A DNA stretch of 64,000 bases from the NCBI GenBank assembly GCA_963665095.1, contig OY762069.1, positions 32,001 through 96,000 of the forward strand, given 5' to 3'. A model generated the notes under the pieces. That model had not been told where the DNA came from. It made no database searches and saw only the letters and a program-made list of their open reading frames with translations. Source of the stretch: an uncultured Desulfobacter sp. GTDB lineage: Bacteria > Desulfobacterota > Desulfobacteria > Desulfobacterales > Desulfobacteraceae. Of this stretch, positions 48,558 to 58,700 are shown piece by piece (position 1 is the stretch's first letter; each line of letters starts with the position of its first letter). The translations under genes were made by a program, and so were the position numbers.

Positions 48558-49388
48558 TTACTCTGTAAGCACCCGGGCAAGATGTTCACTCATAAACATA
48601 ACAGATTCGACATCCATATGTGCCATGACTGTCTCATCAAACAGCAGTTTGACCTCGGCCTCAAATCCGTCGTTTTCATCCCAGAAGAGCAGGGTGACAT
48701 ACACTTTGGGAAACACCCGGAATTGAAAAGCAAGGCTGCAGGTGTCATACCTGTCTTTAACATCCGTGCCGCCCAAGGCAGTGCAGGCCTGCGCAAGTGC
48801 CGTAACTCTGCCTGAAAATACCTGGCTGAGCGGGATTTCAACATGTTTCTGCATGGATACGATTTTTGACACCGTATTGGGAAACTCCTTCAGGCTTTTC
48901 ATATTTCCTGTTGGCACGGCATGGCTGCCGGCTGCCAGGTGGATATAGACAAAGGTCTGCTCATTCCGGGTCAGCTCTTCTCCCTGATCGGTGAGTACCT
49001 TTTCTGTGGTTAACAGAAGACTTTTGTTGAAATAGGGCAGACGGATATGGGGCTGGCCTTTGAACGGCCCCTTTGCCTTCCCGTCTTCAAGCACACCGCC
49101 TACACGCCGGGCCATATCGCCAAGGTCGGTGGATGCCGCCTTTTCTCTGGCCACGCTCAACGCTTCGGCAGCCATGTCTTTTTTGAGCCATTTGCCCTGC
49201 CTGTACTGCTCCTCAAGTTCTGCCTGGGCCGGGCCAAGGATCTCTTCGGGGATATGGGGGCAGTTTTTCAACGGCAGTTTTTCAGAGACCACCATACCGG
49301 CAAAGGCCAGGCAGGTGGGAAATCCGCAATCCTTGCAATTGGTTCTGGGTAAAATTCTGGCATACAGGTCAACAACGGACAGGGCCAT
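48558..49388 (-). CDS. Fe-S domain + DUF3786 protein
   Basis: LPRTNCKDCGFPTCLAFA...CP N-terminus; F..FPKV...LLFW...F.AEVKLLFD; start at ATG 49388 after AGGAG. Confidence 0.82.
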   Translation of the reverse strand: MALSVVDLYARILPRTNCKDCGFPTCLAFAGMVVSEKLPLKNCPHIPEEILGPAQAELEEQYRQGKWLKKDMAAEALSVAREKAASTDLGDMARRVGGVLEDGKAKGPFKGQPHIRLPYFNKSLLLTTEKVLTDQGEELTRNEQTFVYIHLAAGSHAVPTGNMKSLKEFPNTVSKIVSMQKHVEIPLSQVFSGRVTALAQACTALGGTDVKDRYDTCSLAFQFRVFPKVYVTLLFWDENDGFEAEVKLLFDETVMAHMDVESVMFMSEHLARVLTE

Positions 49389-49498
49389 GGCGCTCTCCTG
49401 CAAATAGGTTAAACGGTGAACGCCGGTCAGCATAGTGGCCGGCCGGCGTTGACGTCATGAGATCTGACGGCCCGGGTCATACCCCGGACCGTTATAAA

Positions 49499-50527
49499 TT
49501 AATAGGCTTCATCCATATCCAGGTCTTCATCGGATACCGGATCTTTAAACAGGTGATAGGCCCAGCTCTGGTAGGCAATGACCAGGGGAATAAATATCGC
49601 AACCACACCCAGCATGATTTTAAGGGTCAACGGGCTGGAAGAGGCGTTAAATGCGGTCAGGTTCCATTCCGGGTTAATGCTCGAAGGGAACAGTGCCGGA
49701 AAAAGACCGGCAATGCCGAAAAAGGTGCATCCCATAATAGTCAGGGCTGAGGCAAACCACGCTTTAAACCAGGCCTGTTTTGAACTGAAATACCGGGTGG
49801 CGAACAGCGCTGCCACAGCCACCAGTATAATTAAGAACAGAGCAGGCATTTTAACATAGTTGTCGTAGAGGCTGGTGGCAAAGTAGGAGGCGATTAAAAA
49901 CGCCACTGCCACCGGTACCAGAATCATCCAGGTTTTTTTGCCTGTGGTCACGGCCCGGGCCTGCAGATCCCCTGTGGCCTTGATGGCTATCCAGTTGGAC
50001 CCGTGCAGGATAAACAGCAGCACAAACAAAATTCCGCCCAGAAGTCCGTAGGGGTTGAGCAGCTTTAAGGTATTGCCGTGGTAAAGTCCCTGGTTATCAA
50101 AGGGAATACCTGCAAAGATGTTGGCAAAAGCCACGCCAAACAGAAGCGCCGGCAGAAATGAGCCCAGAAAGATCAGGGTATCCCAGGTTTTTTTCCAGCC
50201 CGGGGATTCTATTTTACCCCTGAAGTGCAGGGCCACGCCTCTGAAAATCAGGGCAAACAAAATGAGCAGCAACGGCGTATAAAGGGATGAAAACATGGTG
50301 GCGTAGACCTGGGGGAATGCCGCGAAGGTCACGCCGCCAGCCGTGATCAGCCACACTTCGTTTCCGTCCCACACCGGTCCTTTGGCATTGAGCATGACCC
50401 GTTTGTCACGCTCGGTTTTTCCGGCAAAGGGATAGATAATGCCGATGCCGAAATCAAATCCGTCGGTCAGGAAAAATACCGCCCACAGAAGGCCCCACAG
50501 GAAAAACCAGATTGATTGAAGTTCCAT
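49499..50527 (-). CDS. cydB: Cytochrome bd quinol oxidase subunit II
   Basis: TDGFDFG, GPVWDGNEVWLITAGG, FAAFP, SSPLTL. Confidence 0.96.
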   Translation of the reverse strand: MELQSIWFFLWGLLWAVFFLTDGFDFGIGIIYPFAGKTERDKRVMLNAKGPVWDGNEVWLITAGGVTFAAFPQVYATMFSSLYTPLLLILFALIFRGVALHFRGKIESPGWKKTWDTLIFLGSFLPALLFGVAFANIFAGIPFDNQGLYHGNTLKLLNPYGLLGGILFVLLFILHGSNWIAIKATGDLQARAVTTGKKTWMILVPVAVAFLIASYFATSLYDNYVKMPALFLIILVAVAALFATRYFSSKQAWFKAWFASALTIMGCTFFGIAGLFPALFPSSINPEWNLTAFNASSSPLTLKIMLGVVAIFIPLVIAYQSWAYHLFKDPVSDEDLDMDEAY

Positions 50528-50541
50528 TTGTCTTACCCTCC

Positions 50542-51852
50542 TTAAACTGTTGCGGCCTCAGGGCCTTCTTTAACGGATTTGGCAATAAGATAAAAACCAA
50601 CAGCCCCGAGCAGGCCGTAAACCAGGATAAATGCAATCAGTGAGACAAGTACCTGGGACCCTGCAATGGGTGAGGCGGCATCTGCCGTTCTCATCAGGTT
50701 GTACACGATCCAGGGCTGGCGTCCCACTTCAGATACCAACCATCCCATTTCCGTGGCAATGTAAGGCAGGGGAATGGACCAGAGCATGATTTTAAGGAAT
50801 CTGGGGCTCTCCATCAGTTTATCCCGCCGGACCCATCCGTAAATGGTCAGAATGATGAACAGGGTGCCCAATCCGACCATGGTTCTGAACCCGATAAAGG
50901 TCAGCAAGACAGGGGGTCTGTCCTCTTTGGGGATATCCCGTAATCCCGTGACCTCCGCATTGAAATCATGAAATCCCAGAAAGCTCAGGAGGCCGGGAAG
51001 GGAGCCGATTTCAATGATATTTTTCTCTTGGGTTTCACTGGGGATGGCAAACATGATAATGGGTGCCTGTGTCTGGGTTTCCCAGTGGGATTCCATGGCA
51101 GCCAGCTTGGCCGGCTGGGTTTTTGAGACATTGATGCCGTGCATGTCACCTGAGAATGCGGTGAATAAGGAAGTGACAAGCCCAACTACCAGAGCGATCC
51201 TGAAGGATTTCAGAAACACTTGTGTATGCTGTTTTCTCAAAAGATGATATGCGGAAATCCCCATGATGAAAAAGGCACCTAACAGCAGGGCAGCCGGCAC
51301 CACATGGACAATTTCAAGCCATCCGTGTTTGTTGGTGATTACCGCGATAAAGTCTGTCAGTTCCGCACGTCCGTTTCTAATTTCATACCCCACCGGGTGC
51401 TGCATGAACCCGTTGGCAATCAGGATCCATACCGCACTGAAGTTGCCGGCCAGTGCCACCAGCCACATCACAACCGCATGGGCTTTGGCAGACAGCTTTT
51501 TCCAGCCGAAAATCCAGATGCCGATAAAGGTGGATTCAAGGAAAAAGGCTGCGGATGCCTCAATGGCCAGGATGGAGCCAAACACATCACCGACATATTC
51601 ACTGTACCGGGACCAGTTGGTGCCAAACTGGAACTCCAGGGTAATGCCGGTGACAACGCCCAGGGCAAAATTGATCAGGAACAGCTTTCCCCAGAACTTG
51701 GTCATCCTCAGGTAATTCTTATCACCGGACCAGGCGTATCTGGTCTCCATATAAGCAATTAAAAGAGAAAGACCCAGGGTGAGGGGAACAAACAGAAAAT
51801 GGAACATGGTGGCAGCTGCAAACTGCAGCCTGGATAGAAAAACCGGATCCAT
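50542..51852 (-). CDS. cydA: Cytochrome bd quinol oxidase subunit I
   Basis: SRLQFA...FHFLFVPLTLG, EFQFGTNWS, AFFLES, QPAKLAAME, EVGRQPW. Confidence 0.97.
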   Translation of the reverse strand: MDPVFLSRLQFAAATMFHFLFVPLTLGLSLLIAYMETRYAWSGDKNYLRMTKFWGKLFLINFALGVVTGITLEFQFGTNWSRYSEYVGDVFGSILAIEASAAFFLESTFIGIWIFGWKKLSAKAHAVVMWLVALAGNFSAVWILIANGFMQHPVGYEIRNGRAELTDFIAVITNKHGWLEIVHVVPAALLLGAFFIMGISAYHLLRKQHTQVFLKSFRIALVVGLVTSLFTAFSGDMHGINVSKTQPAKLAAMESHWETQTQAPIIMFAIPSETQEKNIIEIGSLPGLLSFLGFHDFNAEVTGLRDIPKEDRPPVLLTFIGFRTMVGLGTLFIILTIYGWVRRDKLMESPRFLKIMLWSIPLPYIATEMGWLVSEVGRQPWIVYNLMRTADAASPIAGSQVLVSLIAFILVYGLLGAVGFYLIAKSVKEGPEAATV

Positions 51853-51909
51853 AAAGTCCTCCAGGTAAAACGTTGGTTAATATTTGAATTCACTTTCCCA
51901 AAGGGATTG

Positions 51910-51925
51910 AGCAAGTACTATGCCA
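51910..51925 (-). promoter_or_regulatory. Sigma54 -24/-12 motif (cydAB)
   Basis: Minus strand TGGCATAGTACTTGCT. Confidence 0.7.
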
Positions 51926-52360
51926 GATTTGAACCGGATTTAGATGACAGTAGCGATCTTTTGAAATCCGAATCAGCATACCGCAATGCCGACGAATTTA
52001 CAATAATGTTCAAAGCTGTATGAAGCGCTTCTCTTTGAGCGCTGTTCTTAACGCTACGCTGCATTAAGAAGTCGTGGCAAACGAATTTCTAACACGCTCC
52101 TGCAGGCGAACGGCTTCCTACTGGATGGCCTTAAAGGGTTATGAATTTTGGGGGGATGAAAATGATATGATTTGAATCAAATATGTATCTGTTTAAAATG
52201 ATACAAAGGTGTTCCGTCTTGATACAGCCGGCAAAGGTTGCGGTGAGGCGGAGGCAAAGCCGGTTTTGACAGCCTGATTTATGGTCTGGTATAGTCGTGT
52301 GTGCATGAATCCATTTGCAGCCGCAAAAGGTTTCATTTTTAATGATGAAAGGAGTTTTCA

Positions 52361-52921
52361 ATGAAAAAAAATGTCACCTTTGCTTTCATGGTTGTCCTTA
52401 CTTTCTGTTTACCGCTCATGGGGGAAGCAGGTGATATCTGGAAAAAAGTATATGATCTGGCCAATGTAAAACTGGCCCAGATGGGCACCGCACCGGAAAT
52501 TGTATCTTCTGTCATTGAACACAATAAAAGTGGAATGAGCCTGGATGAGATAAAAAACATGGATAAAAAATGGGTGGCTGCCCAGGGTACTACAGATGTG
52601 ATGGCAGAACTTATGACCTCTTCCTGTGCCAAAGTCTTAAAACAGTTTCAGGCCTCAGCCCCATATTATGCCGAAATTTTTGTGATGGGCAATCAGGGTG
52701 CCATTGTGGCGATGACAGATAAAACTTCAGATTATTGGCAGGGAGACGAGGATAAGTTCCAGAAATCCTTTAACCAGGGAAAGGGCCGTGTTTTTGTGGG
52801 AGATGTGGAGTTTGACGATAGTTCAAATACCTTTCTGGTTCAGGTTTCCGTTCCGGTGATATCGAAAGACAAGGCCATTGGCGCCATCACCTTTGGCATA
52901 AATATCGAAAAGTTCAGATGA
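52361..52921 (+). CDS. Stand-alone exported PDC/Cache-like domain protein
   Basis: Signal peptide; EIFVMGNQGAIVA, SDYWQGDEDKF, VEFDDS, QVSVPV, IGAITFGI. Confidence 0.75.
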   Translation: MKKNVTFAFMVVLTFCLPLMGEAGDIWKKVYDLANVKLAQMGTAPEIVSSVIEHNKSGMSLDEIKNMDKKWVAAQGTTDVMAELMTSSCAKVLKQFQASAPYYAEIFVMGNQGAIVAMTDKTSDYWQGDEDKFQKSFNQGKGRVFVGDVEFDDSSNTFLVQVSVPVISKDKAIGAITFGINIEKFR

Positions 52922-53108
52922 TGGTCAGGATAATTAAAAAGCGGTATTCCCGGCACCCATCGAACCGGAAGCGGGGGATAAAAACCGTGTGTATCTGTTT
53001 TGCGGTATCTTTTTAAACTGACAATTTTATGGTACGTTAGCATGTCACAAGGCTTGGAATGAAATAGCCGGCCTTGCAGGTTGACAGTACTGATTAATTT
53101 GCCGGCAA

Positions 53109-53124
53109 CGGCATTTTTTTTGCT
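53109..53124 (+). promoter_or_regulatory. Sigma54 -24/-12 motif (thioredoxin gene)
   Basis: CGGCATTTTTTTTGCT. Confidence 0.5.
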
Positions 53125-53213
53125 ATATCTTAGCTGAACAATTAATTTAAGCCCCCTGGGAGTTCCCCCGGGCCATGACACGAAATTCATAAATGAATTG
53201 ATAAGGACTGACA

Positions 53214-53747
53214 ATGAGGAAAGAAAATATTTTGGTAGTGGTTCTACTGGCCCTGGCCCTTGGCGGCGTTTATATGTATAACCGGCCGGGTCCTGATCTG
53301 GTGGTGGCGGCAGACATTACCCCTTCAGCAACCCTGCAGACAGCTTTGGCGGATACATCCCGGGAGATCATCTGGAATGATTATACCCCTGGAATGGCCC
53401 TGGCACAAAAAGACAAAAAAAGTGTTTTCCTTTATTTTCATGCCTCCTGGTGCGGCTACTGTGTGAAATTGAAAAATAATACTTTTAAAGATGACCGGGT
53501 GAAATCCTATCTGAATACCCATTTTATAAGCATCAGCGTGGATACGGACCAGCGCAAGAACCTTGCCCGGGAGTACCAGGTCAGAGGCCTGCCGACATTG
53601 TGGTTTCTTGAACCGGACGGAACAAAAATCAATAACCTGCCCGGGTATGTCGATGCGGACCAGTTGCTTCCCATTCTGGAATATATTCATACCCAGAGTT
53701 ACAAAACCATGAAATTTCAGGATTTTGTCAAACAAAAGAAATCCTGA
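53214..53747 (+). CDS. Membrane-anchored thioredoxin family protein (SoxW/DsbJ-like)
   Basis: N-terminal TM helix; FHASWCGYC; VRGLPT; LPGY. Confidence 0.88.
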   Translation: MRKENILVVVLLALALGGVYMYNRPGPDLVVAADITPSATLQTALADTSREIIWNDYTPGMALAQKDKKSVFLYFHASWCGYCVKLKNNTFKDDRVKSYLNTHFISISVDTDQRKNLAREYQVRGLPTLWFLEPDGTKINNLPGYVDADQLLPILEYIHTQSYKTMKFQDFVKQKKS

Positions 53748-53882
53748 TTACGCCACTGCCGGCCCGACAGGTGAAATCCTGCTTGAACATCCCCTAGGAT
53801 TTGTGATAGCGCAAAGACAAGTAGTGCCTGAACGAAGTATTGAAGTCGTTTTTTGTGAATTATTCCCTGAAGGAGAAGTTGT

Positions 53883-55181
53883 ATGATACGGGTCGGTATA
53901 ATTGGCGGGTCAGGTCTGGATGACCCTGATATTCTGGAAAATCCCAGAAAGATTGAAACAGATACGCCATATGGTCAGCCCTCATCTGACATTATGGCCG
54001 GGCTGATCAATGATGTACAGGTGCTGATCCTGGCAAGGCACGGCAGAAAGCATCAGTACAGCCCCACCCAGGTAAATAACCGGGCAAACATCCATGCGCT
54101 TAAACAGGCCGGTGCCACCCATATTCTGGCCACCACAGCCTGCGGCAGTTTACGGGGCGAAATAGACAGAGGCCATTTTGTGATCCTGGACCAATTTATT
54201 GATTTTACCCGGTTCCGGAAAACCACCTTTGCCGACTCCTTTGAAAACGGGGCGGTACATACGGCCATGGCCCATCCTTTTAATGCGGGTTTAAGAGATG
54301 TCCTTTATGATGCGGCCACAGATTTAGGATTGCATGTGCATGAAAAAGGATGTGTGGTCACCATTGAAGGCCCGCGGTTTTCAACGGTGGCTGAGTCAAA
54401 TATGTTCCGGCTTCTCGGGGCAGATGTCATCAATATGTCCACAGCCCCTGAAGCCATGCTGGCCAATGAGGCGGGCATCCCCTATGCAGCCGTGGCCATG
54501 GCCACCGATTATGACTGCTGGAAGCAGGACGAGGCCCCTGTTACCTGGGATGAAATTTTAGCCGTATTCAACAAAAATGCCCACAATGTTAAAGAACTGC
54601 TCATAAAAGCGGTATCCGGAATAACCACCCAAACCACCACCCAGGAGAGACAAAACCAAATGGATTTAAAACAGACCATCAGAAGCATCCCGGACTGGCC
54701 CATAAAAGGGGTAATTTTCAGAGACCTCACCACACTGATGCAGGACCCTGACGCATTCCGGAGATCCTGTGATATCCTTTACGAACGGTATAAGGACAAA
54801 GGCCTGGATAAGATAGTGGGGATTGACGCCAGAGGCTTTGTTTTCGGTGCTGTACTGGCATACCGCTTAGGTATCGGCTTTGTTCCGGTTCGCAAAAAAG
54901 GCAAGCTGCCCCATAAAACCATTGAGCAGAGTTACAGCCTTGAATATGGTGAAGGTACGCTTGAGATGCATGAGGACAGCCTTAATCCCGGCGAGAAAGT
55001 GGTAATCGTGGATGATCTTATTGCCACGGGCGGTACTGTGGGGGCCACGGTCAAGCTGGTGCGTCAGCTGAAGGCGGACCTGCTTGAATGTGCCTTTATC
55101 GTGGAGTTGCCCGACCTTAAAGGCAGAGCCCAGATTGCCGACTGCCCTGTGTTCAGTATCACTGAGTTTGAGGGTGAGTAA
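53883..55181 (+). CDS. Fusion of 5'-methylthioadenosine phosphorylase and adenine phosphoribosyltransferase
   Basis: GIIGGSG, LARHG, EGPRFST, INMS..PEA, TDYDCW (MtnP); IRSIPDWP..GVIFRD, GIDARGF, RKKGKLP, VDDLIATGGT (Apt), all in one frame. Confidence 0.9.
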   Translation: MIRVGIIGGSGLDDPDILENPRKIETDTPYGQPSSDIMAGLINDVQVLILARHGRKHQYSPTQVNNRANIHALKQAGATHILATTACGSLRGEIDRGHFVILDQFIDFTRFRKTTFADSFENGAVHTAMAHPFNAGLRDVLYDAATDLGLHVHEKGCVVTIEGPRFSTVAESNMFRLLGADVINMSTAPEAMLANEAGIPYAAVAMATDYDCWKQDEAPVTWDEILAVFNKNAHNVKELLIKAVSGITTQTTTQERQNQMDLKQTIRSIPDWPIKGVIFRDLTTLMQDPDAFRRSCDILYERYKDKGLDKIVGIDARGFVFGAVLAYRLGIGFVPVRKKGKLPHKTIEQSYSLEYGEGTLEMHEDSLNPGEKVVIVDDLIATGGTVGATVKLVRQLKADLLECAFIVELPDLKGRAQIADCPVFSITEFEGE

Positions 55182-55202
55182 TTGGTTTTGAAAGAAGAGG
55201 AT

Positions 55203-55667
55203 GTGCGGGTTTTCAGGCTGGGGATATCTGCCAGCCTGATGCTGGTACTTTTTTTTATTGGACCCGGGTGCTTGGTTGACCGGTTTGGCGGCCTGCGCCT
55301 GGATGCGGATGTAATGGCCCGGTACCAGGAGAAACAGCTTCCACCTCAATTAAAGTATTACTATTGCGGCCGGGAAAATATGCCCTATGCTGTGGTGGGC
55401 ATTGACCCGGCCTATACCTTTGTTTCAAAATTCTGGTTTCCCATTGAATACGGTCCGGACCTGTACCGCAAGATTGATCATTTAAGTAATCTGGAACCGG
55501 GCCAGGACATTGTATATGCGAAAACCATCCTGGGACCTTCCCACATCACGCTTGGTATGTGGTTTTCCTATTATCCTTCCACCGGCGTGGTGGTGGACGA
55601 GGCAACCCATCAGATCGAGGTATTCAATCCTTATAAACCGGAAACCCGCTTCCAGCTTTTTTTTTGA
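55203..55667 (+). CDS. Putative lipoprotein, unknown function
   Basis: Hydrophobic N-terminus ending in GPGC; probable GTG start at 55203. Confidence 0.6.
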   Translation: MRVFRLGISASLMLVLFFIGPGCLVDRFGGLRLDADVMARYQEKQLPPQLKYYYCGRENMPYAVVGIDPAYTFVSKFWFPIEYGPDLYRKIDHLSNLEPGQDIVYAKTILGPSHITLGMWFSYYPSTGVVVDEATHQIEVFNPYKPETRFQLFF

Positions 55668-55740
55668 TCAATACCTGTGTTTCAATCGTTATAACATGCG
55701 TTTATCTGACTTGCGCCATTAACCTTATAAAGGCGGCACC

Positions 55741-58700
55741 ATGCTTCACCTGATCAAAAGCAACCGCATGGAGAATCTGGCCCAGGCACTATGCACTGTT
55801 ATCTCAGACGTTTTCCATGATCCCATGGCCCCTGAATTTATCGGTATCCAGTCCAGGGGCATGAAAAAATGGCTCTCCCAGGTGATTGCTGAAAAATTCG
55901 GGATCTGTGCCAATGTCCGTTTCATGTTTCCACGGCCCCTGCTGGAATATGTCCGGGAACAGTCCGGATGCAGGCGCGGGGATGGGCCTGTTCCATCGCT
56001 GGACCGGGAGATGATGGCCTGGGCAGTGCTGGATATACTCATGGATGACGGGGCGTTAGTTCCGGGATCAGAGGCAGATCCAACCGGCCCGGCCGCATAT
56101 CTGAAAAATGATGACACCGGCACAAAGGCCATGGCTCTGAGCCGGAAAATTGCCGCAGTGCTGGATGACTATCAGGTCTACCGGCCGGATATGCTGTCAG
56201 CCTGGACCCGGTCCGAATTCCAGGATTCAGCTGATGGCCATGCCATGTGGCAGGCAAAGCTGTGGCAGGCACTTATCCGGAAGGGATCACCCCTGCATGA
56301 CCAGATGCAAACCTGTCTCATGGAGATTGATACCCGGAAAGGGCTGCAGGCAAATCTGCCTGAGCGCATTTCACTGTTCGGAATGTCATCGTTGCCCCCC
56401 TCATTCCTGGAATTTTTTTATGGATTAAGCCGGAAGATAGAGGTGAACCTCTTTCTTCTGACACCTACCAGCCACTTTTTTTTTGATCTGTCCTCCCCGC
56501 AGCAGCAGGAGAAGATGGCACTGAGAAGCGGCATTCCTGTTGATCTCACACAGGGCAACCCGTTGCTCGGGGCTTTGGGGCAGGGCAGCCGTGAGGCCCA
56601 GGAGCTTCTGGAAAATTTTGATTATCACGAACCTTTTGATGATCTGTTTGTTGATCCGGTTGTCGATTCGGCGGCTCTTGAGAATGGGGACGATTCCCTG
56701 ACACCCCGGATGCTCGACGTCATTCAGTCCGACATCCTGAACATGGTCCGGCGGGCACCGGGCGCTGATCCTGAGCCGGGAATGTCCGATCTTCCCCTTG
56801 ACGTATCGCCCTGTGACCGGTCCATATCCATCCACGCCTGTCACTCCCCCATGCGTGAGGCCCAGGTACTCAAAGATCTGCTCCTGGATGCCTTTAACCG
56901 GAATTGTAACCTTGCCCCCCATGATGTGGTGGTGATGGTGCCAGATATTGAAGCCTATGCACCCTTTCTGGAAGCGGTTTTTTCCCAGGAGCCCCGGCTG
57001 CCCTATACGGTGTCGGACCGGCGGCGGCGTTCGGAATCGGAAACCCTGGAGGCCTTTTTAAACATACTGGCCCTGAAGGAAAGCCGGCTGGAAAAGTCAA
57101 AGGTGATGGCGCTTCTGGCCTCGCCTGTGATCGCGGATAAATTTGAGTTGCGCGTGCCTGACCAGGATCTTCTCTCCTCCCTGTTTGACAGGGCCGGTGT
57201 GTTGTGGGGCAAAGACGGTGCCCACCGCCAGGAGGTGCTGGGACAGCCCTATGAAGAAAATTCCTGGGCCTTTGGCCTGGACCGGCTCATGGCTGGCTTT
57301 GCACTGCCCGAGGGGGAAAGAGCCTTTATGCACGGGGTGCTGCCCTGTGACGGGCTGGAGGGGCTTGAGGCGGAACTGCTAGGAAATTTTGCCCATTTCA
57401 TTCACACGCTCTTTGATGCCCTGGATTTGATGGAAAGTGCCGTCACTGTGTCAGAGTGGGCGGCCCGGTTTAAGACCGTTGTATCCCGGATGCTGGTAAA
57501 GGACCTGGAGAATGACGGCGATGTGGCTGTGCTGCTGGAAGCCCTGGATGATATGGCAGGGGATGCCGAACGGGCCGGGTTTGAAAAGAAAATTTTTTTT
57601 CCAGCTGTTGCAAAAGTCCTCACGGCCCGACTGGATGTAAATGTTTCCCAGGGCAGTTTTCTGGGTGGCTGCATGACCTTTTGCAATCTGATGCCCATGC
57701 GCAGCATCCCCTTCCGGCTTGTCTGCCTCATGGGCATGGATACCAAAAGTTTTCCCAGGACCGGCATGTCTCCTGGGTTTGATCTGATCCGGAAGCATCC
57801 GCGACTGGGTGATAAACAGGAACGGCAGGAGGACTGCGGGCTGTTCCTTGAGGCGCTTCTGTGTGCCAGGGACCAGCTCATCATCACCTATACCGGCAGA
57901 AGCATCAGGGATAACTCCCCCATCCCCTGCGCCACGCCCGTGGCGGAACTTGAGGATACGGTTGAAAACAGCTTTATATTTCCCCATGGATTTCAGTGGC
58001 GGTACGACCATCCCCTGCATCCTTTCAGCCAGGATTACTTCAGACGTGATGAGCCCCGTCTTTTTTTTTCCTACGACACTGCCCAGTACCGGATCTGTCG
58101 CAGTCTGACGGGGGGGGATGCACTGCCGGGAGCAGCAGGGGGCGCTGGGAAATTCTTAGGTACACACCAGGCACAGGAGAGGCTGTCGCCGCCAGCGCCA
58201 TCTGAAAATGATGTGTTGGACGGGGCAGCCTCCACTACTATTGACCTGTCAGATTTCATCCGGTTTTTCAGGCATCCTGTCCAGTATTATGCCACCACCA
58301 TCCTTGGGTTGAACTATCCCGACCCCGGGGAGGTGCCCGAGGAGAGAGAGCCCTTCCGCCTTTCCGGCCTGGCCGTTTATCAGCTGGGATCTCTGGCTGT
58401 GGAAGACCTGAACCCTGAGACACTTTTCCCCATAGTCCGGGGCCGGGGCAGCCTGCCCTTTGGGAAAAAGGGAGAACAGGCATGGGAGCGGATCAATGAT
58501 CAGGCCGGGCCTGTGCGACAAATGGTAGAAAAGACCTTTCCCAAAGGCGCTGCCCATGTGATCGGTGTCAATATCCCCACCCGGTTCGGTGTTGTTTCCG
58601 GCCAGGTGGACCAGGTATATGATACGTGCCGTGCCGTGGCGGAATTTGGCAAGCTGACACCCAGACGTCTGCTGAACCAGTGGGTCATGCATCTGGCCTT

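Noticed and set aside
52086..52120. TCTAACACGCTCCTGCAGGCGAAC resembling the start of an integron attC site
   Set aside because: No complementary GTTAGA end, no cassette ORF and no integrase
9938..53747. Selenocysteine read-through in redox genes
   Set aside because: The msrAB, grx, FTRc, dfx and thioredoxin active sites all use Cys codons, and I saw no in-frame TGA truncation
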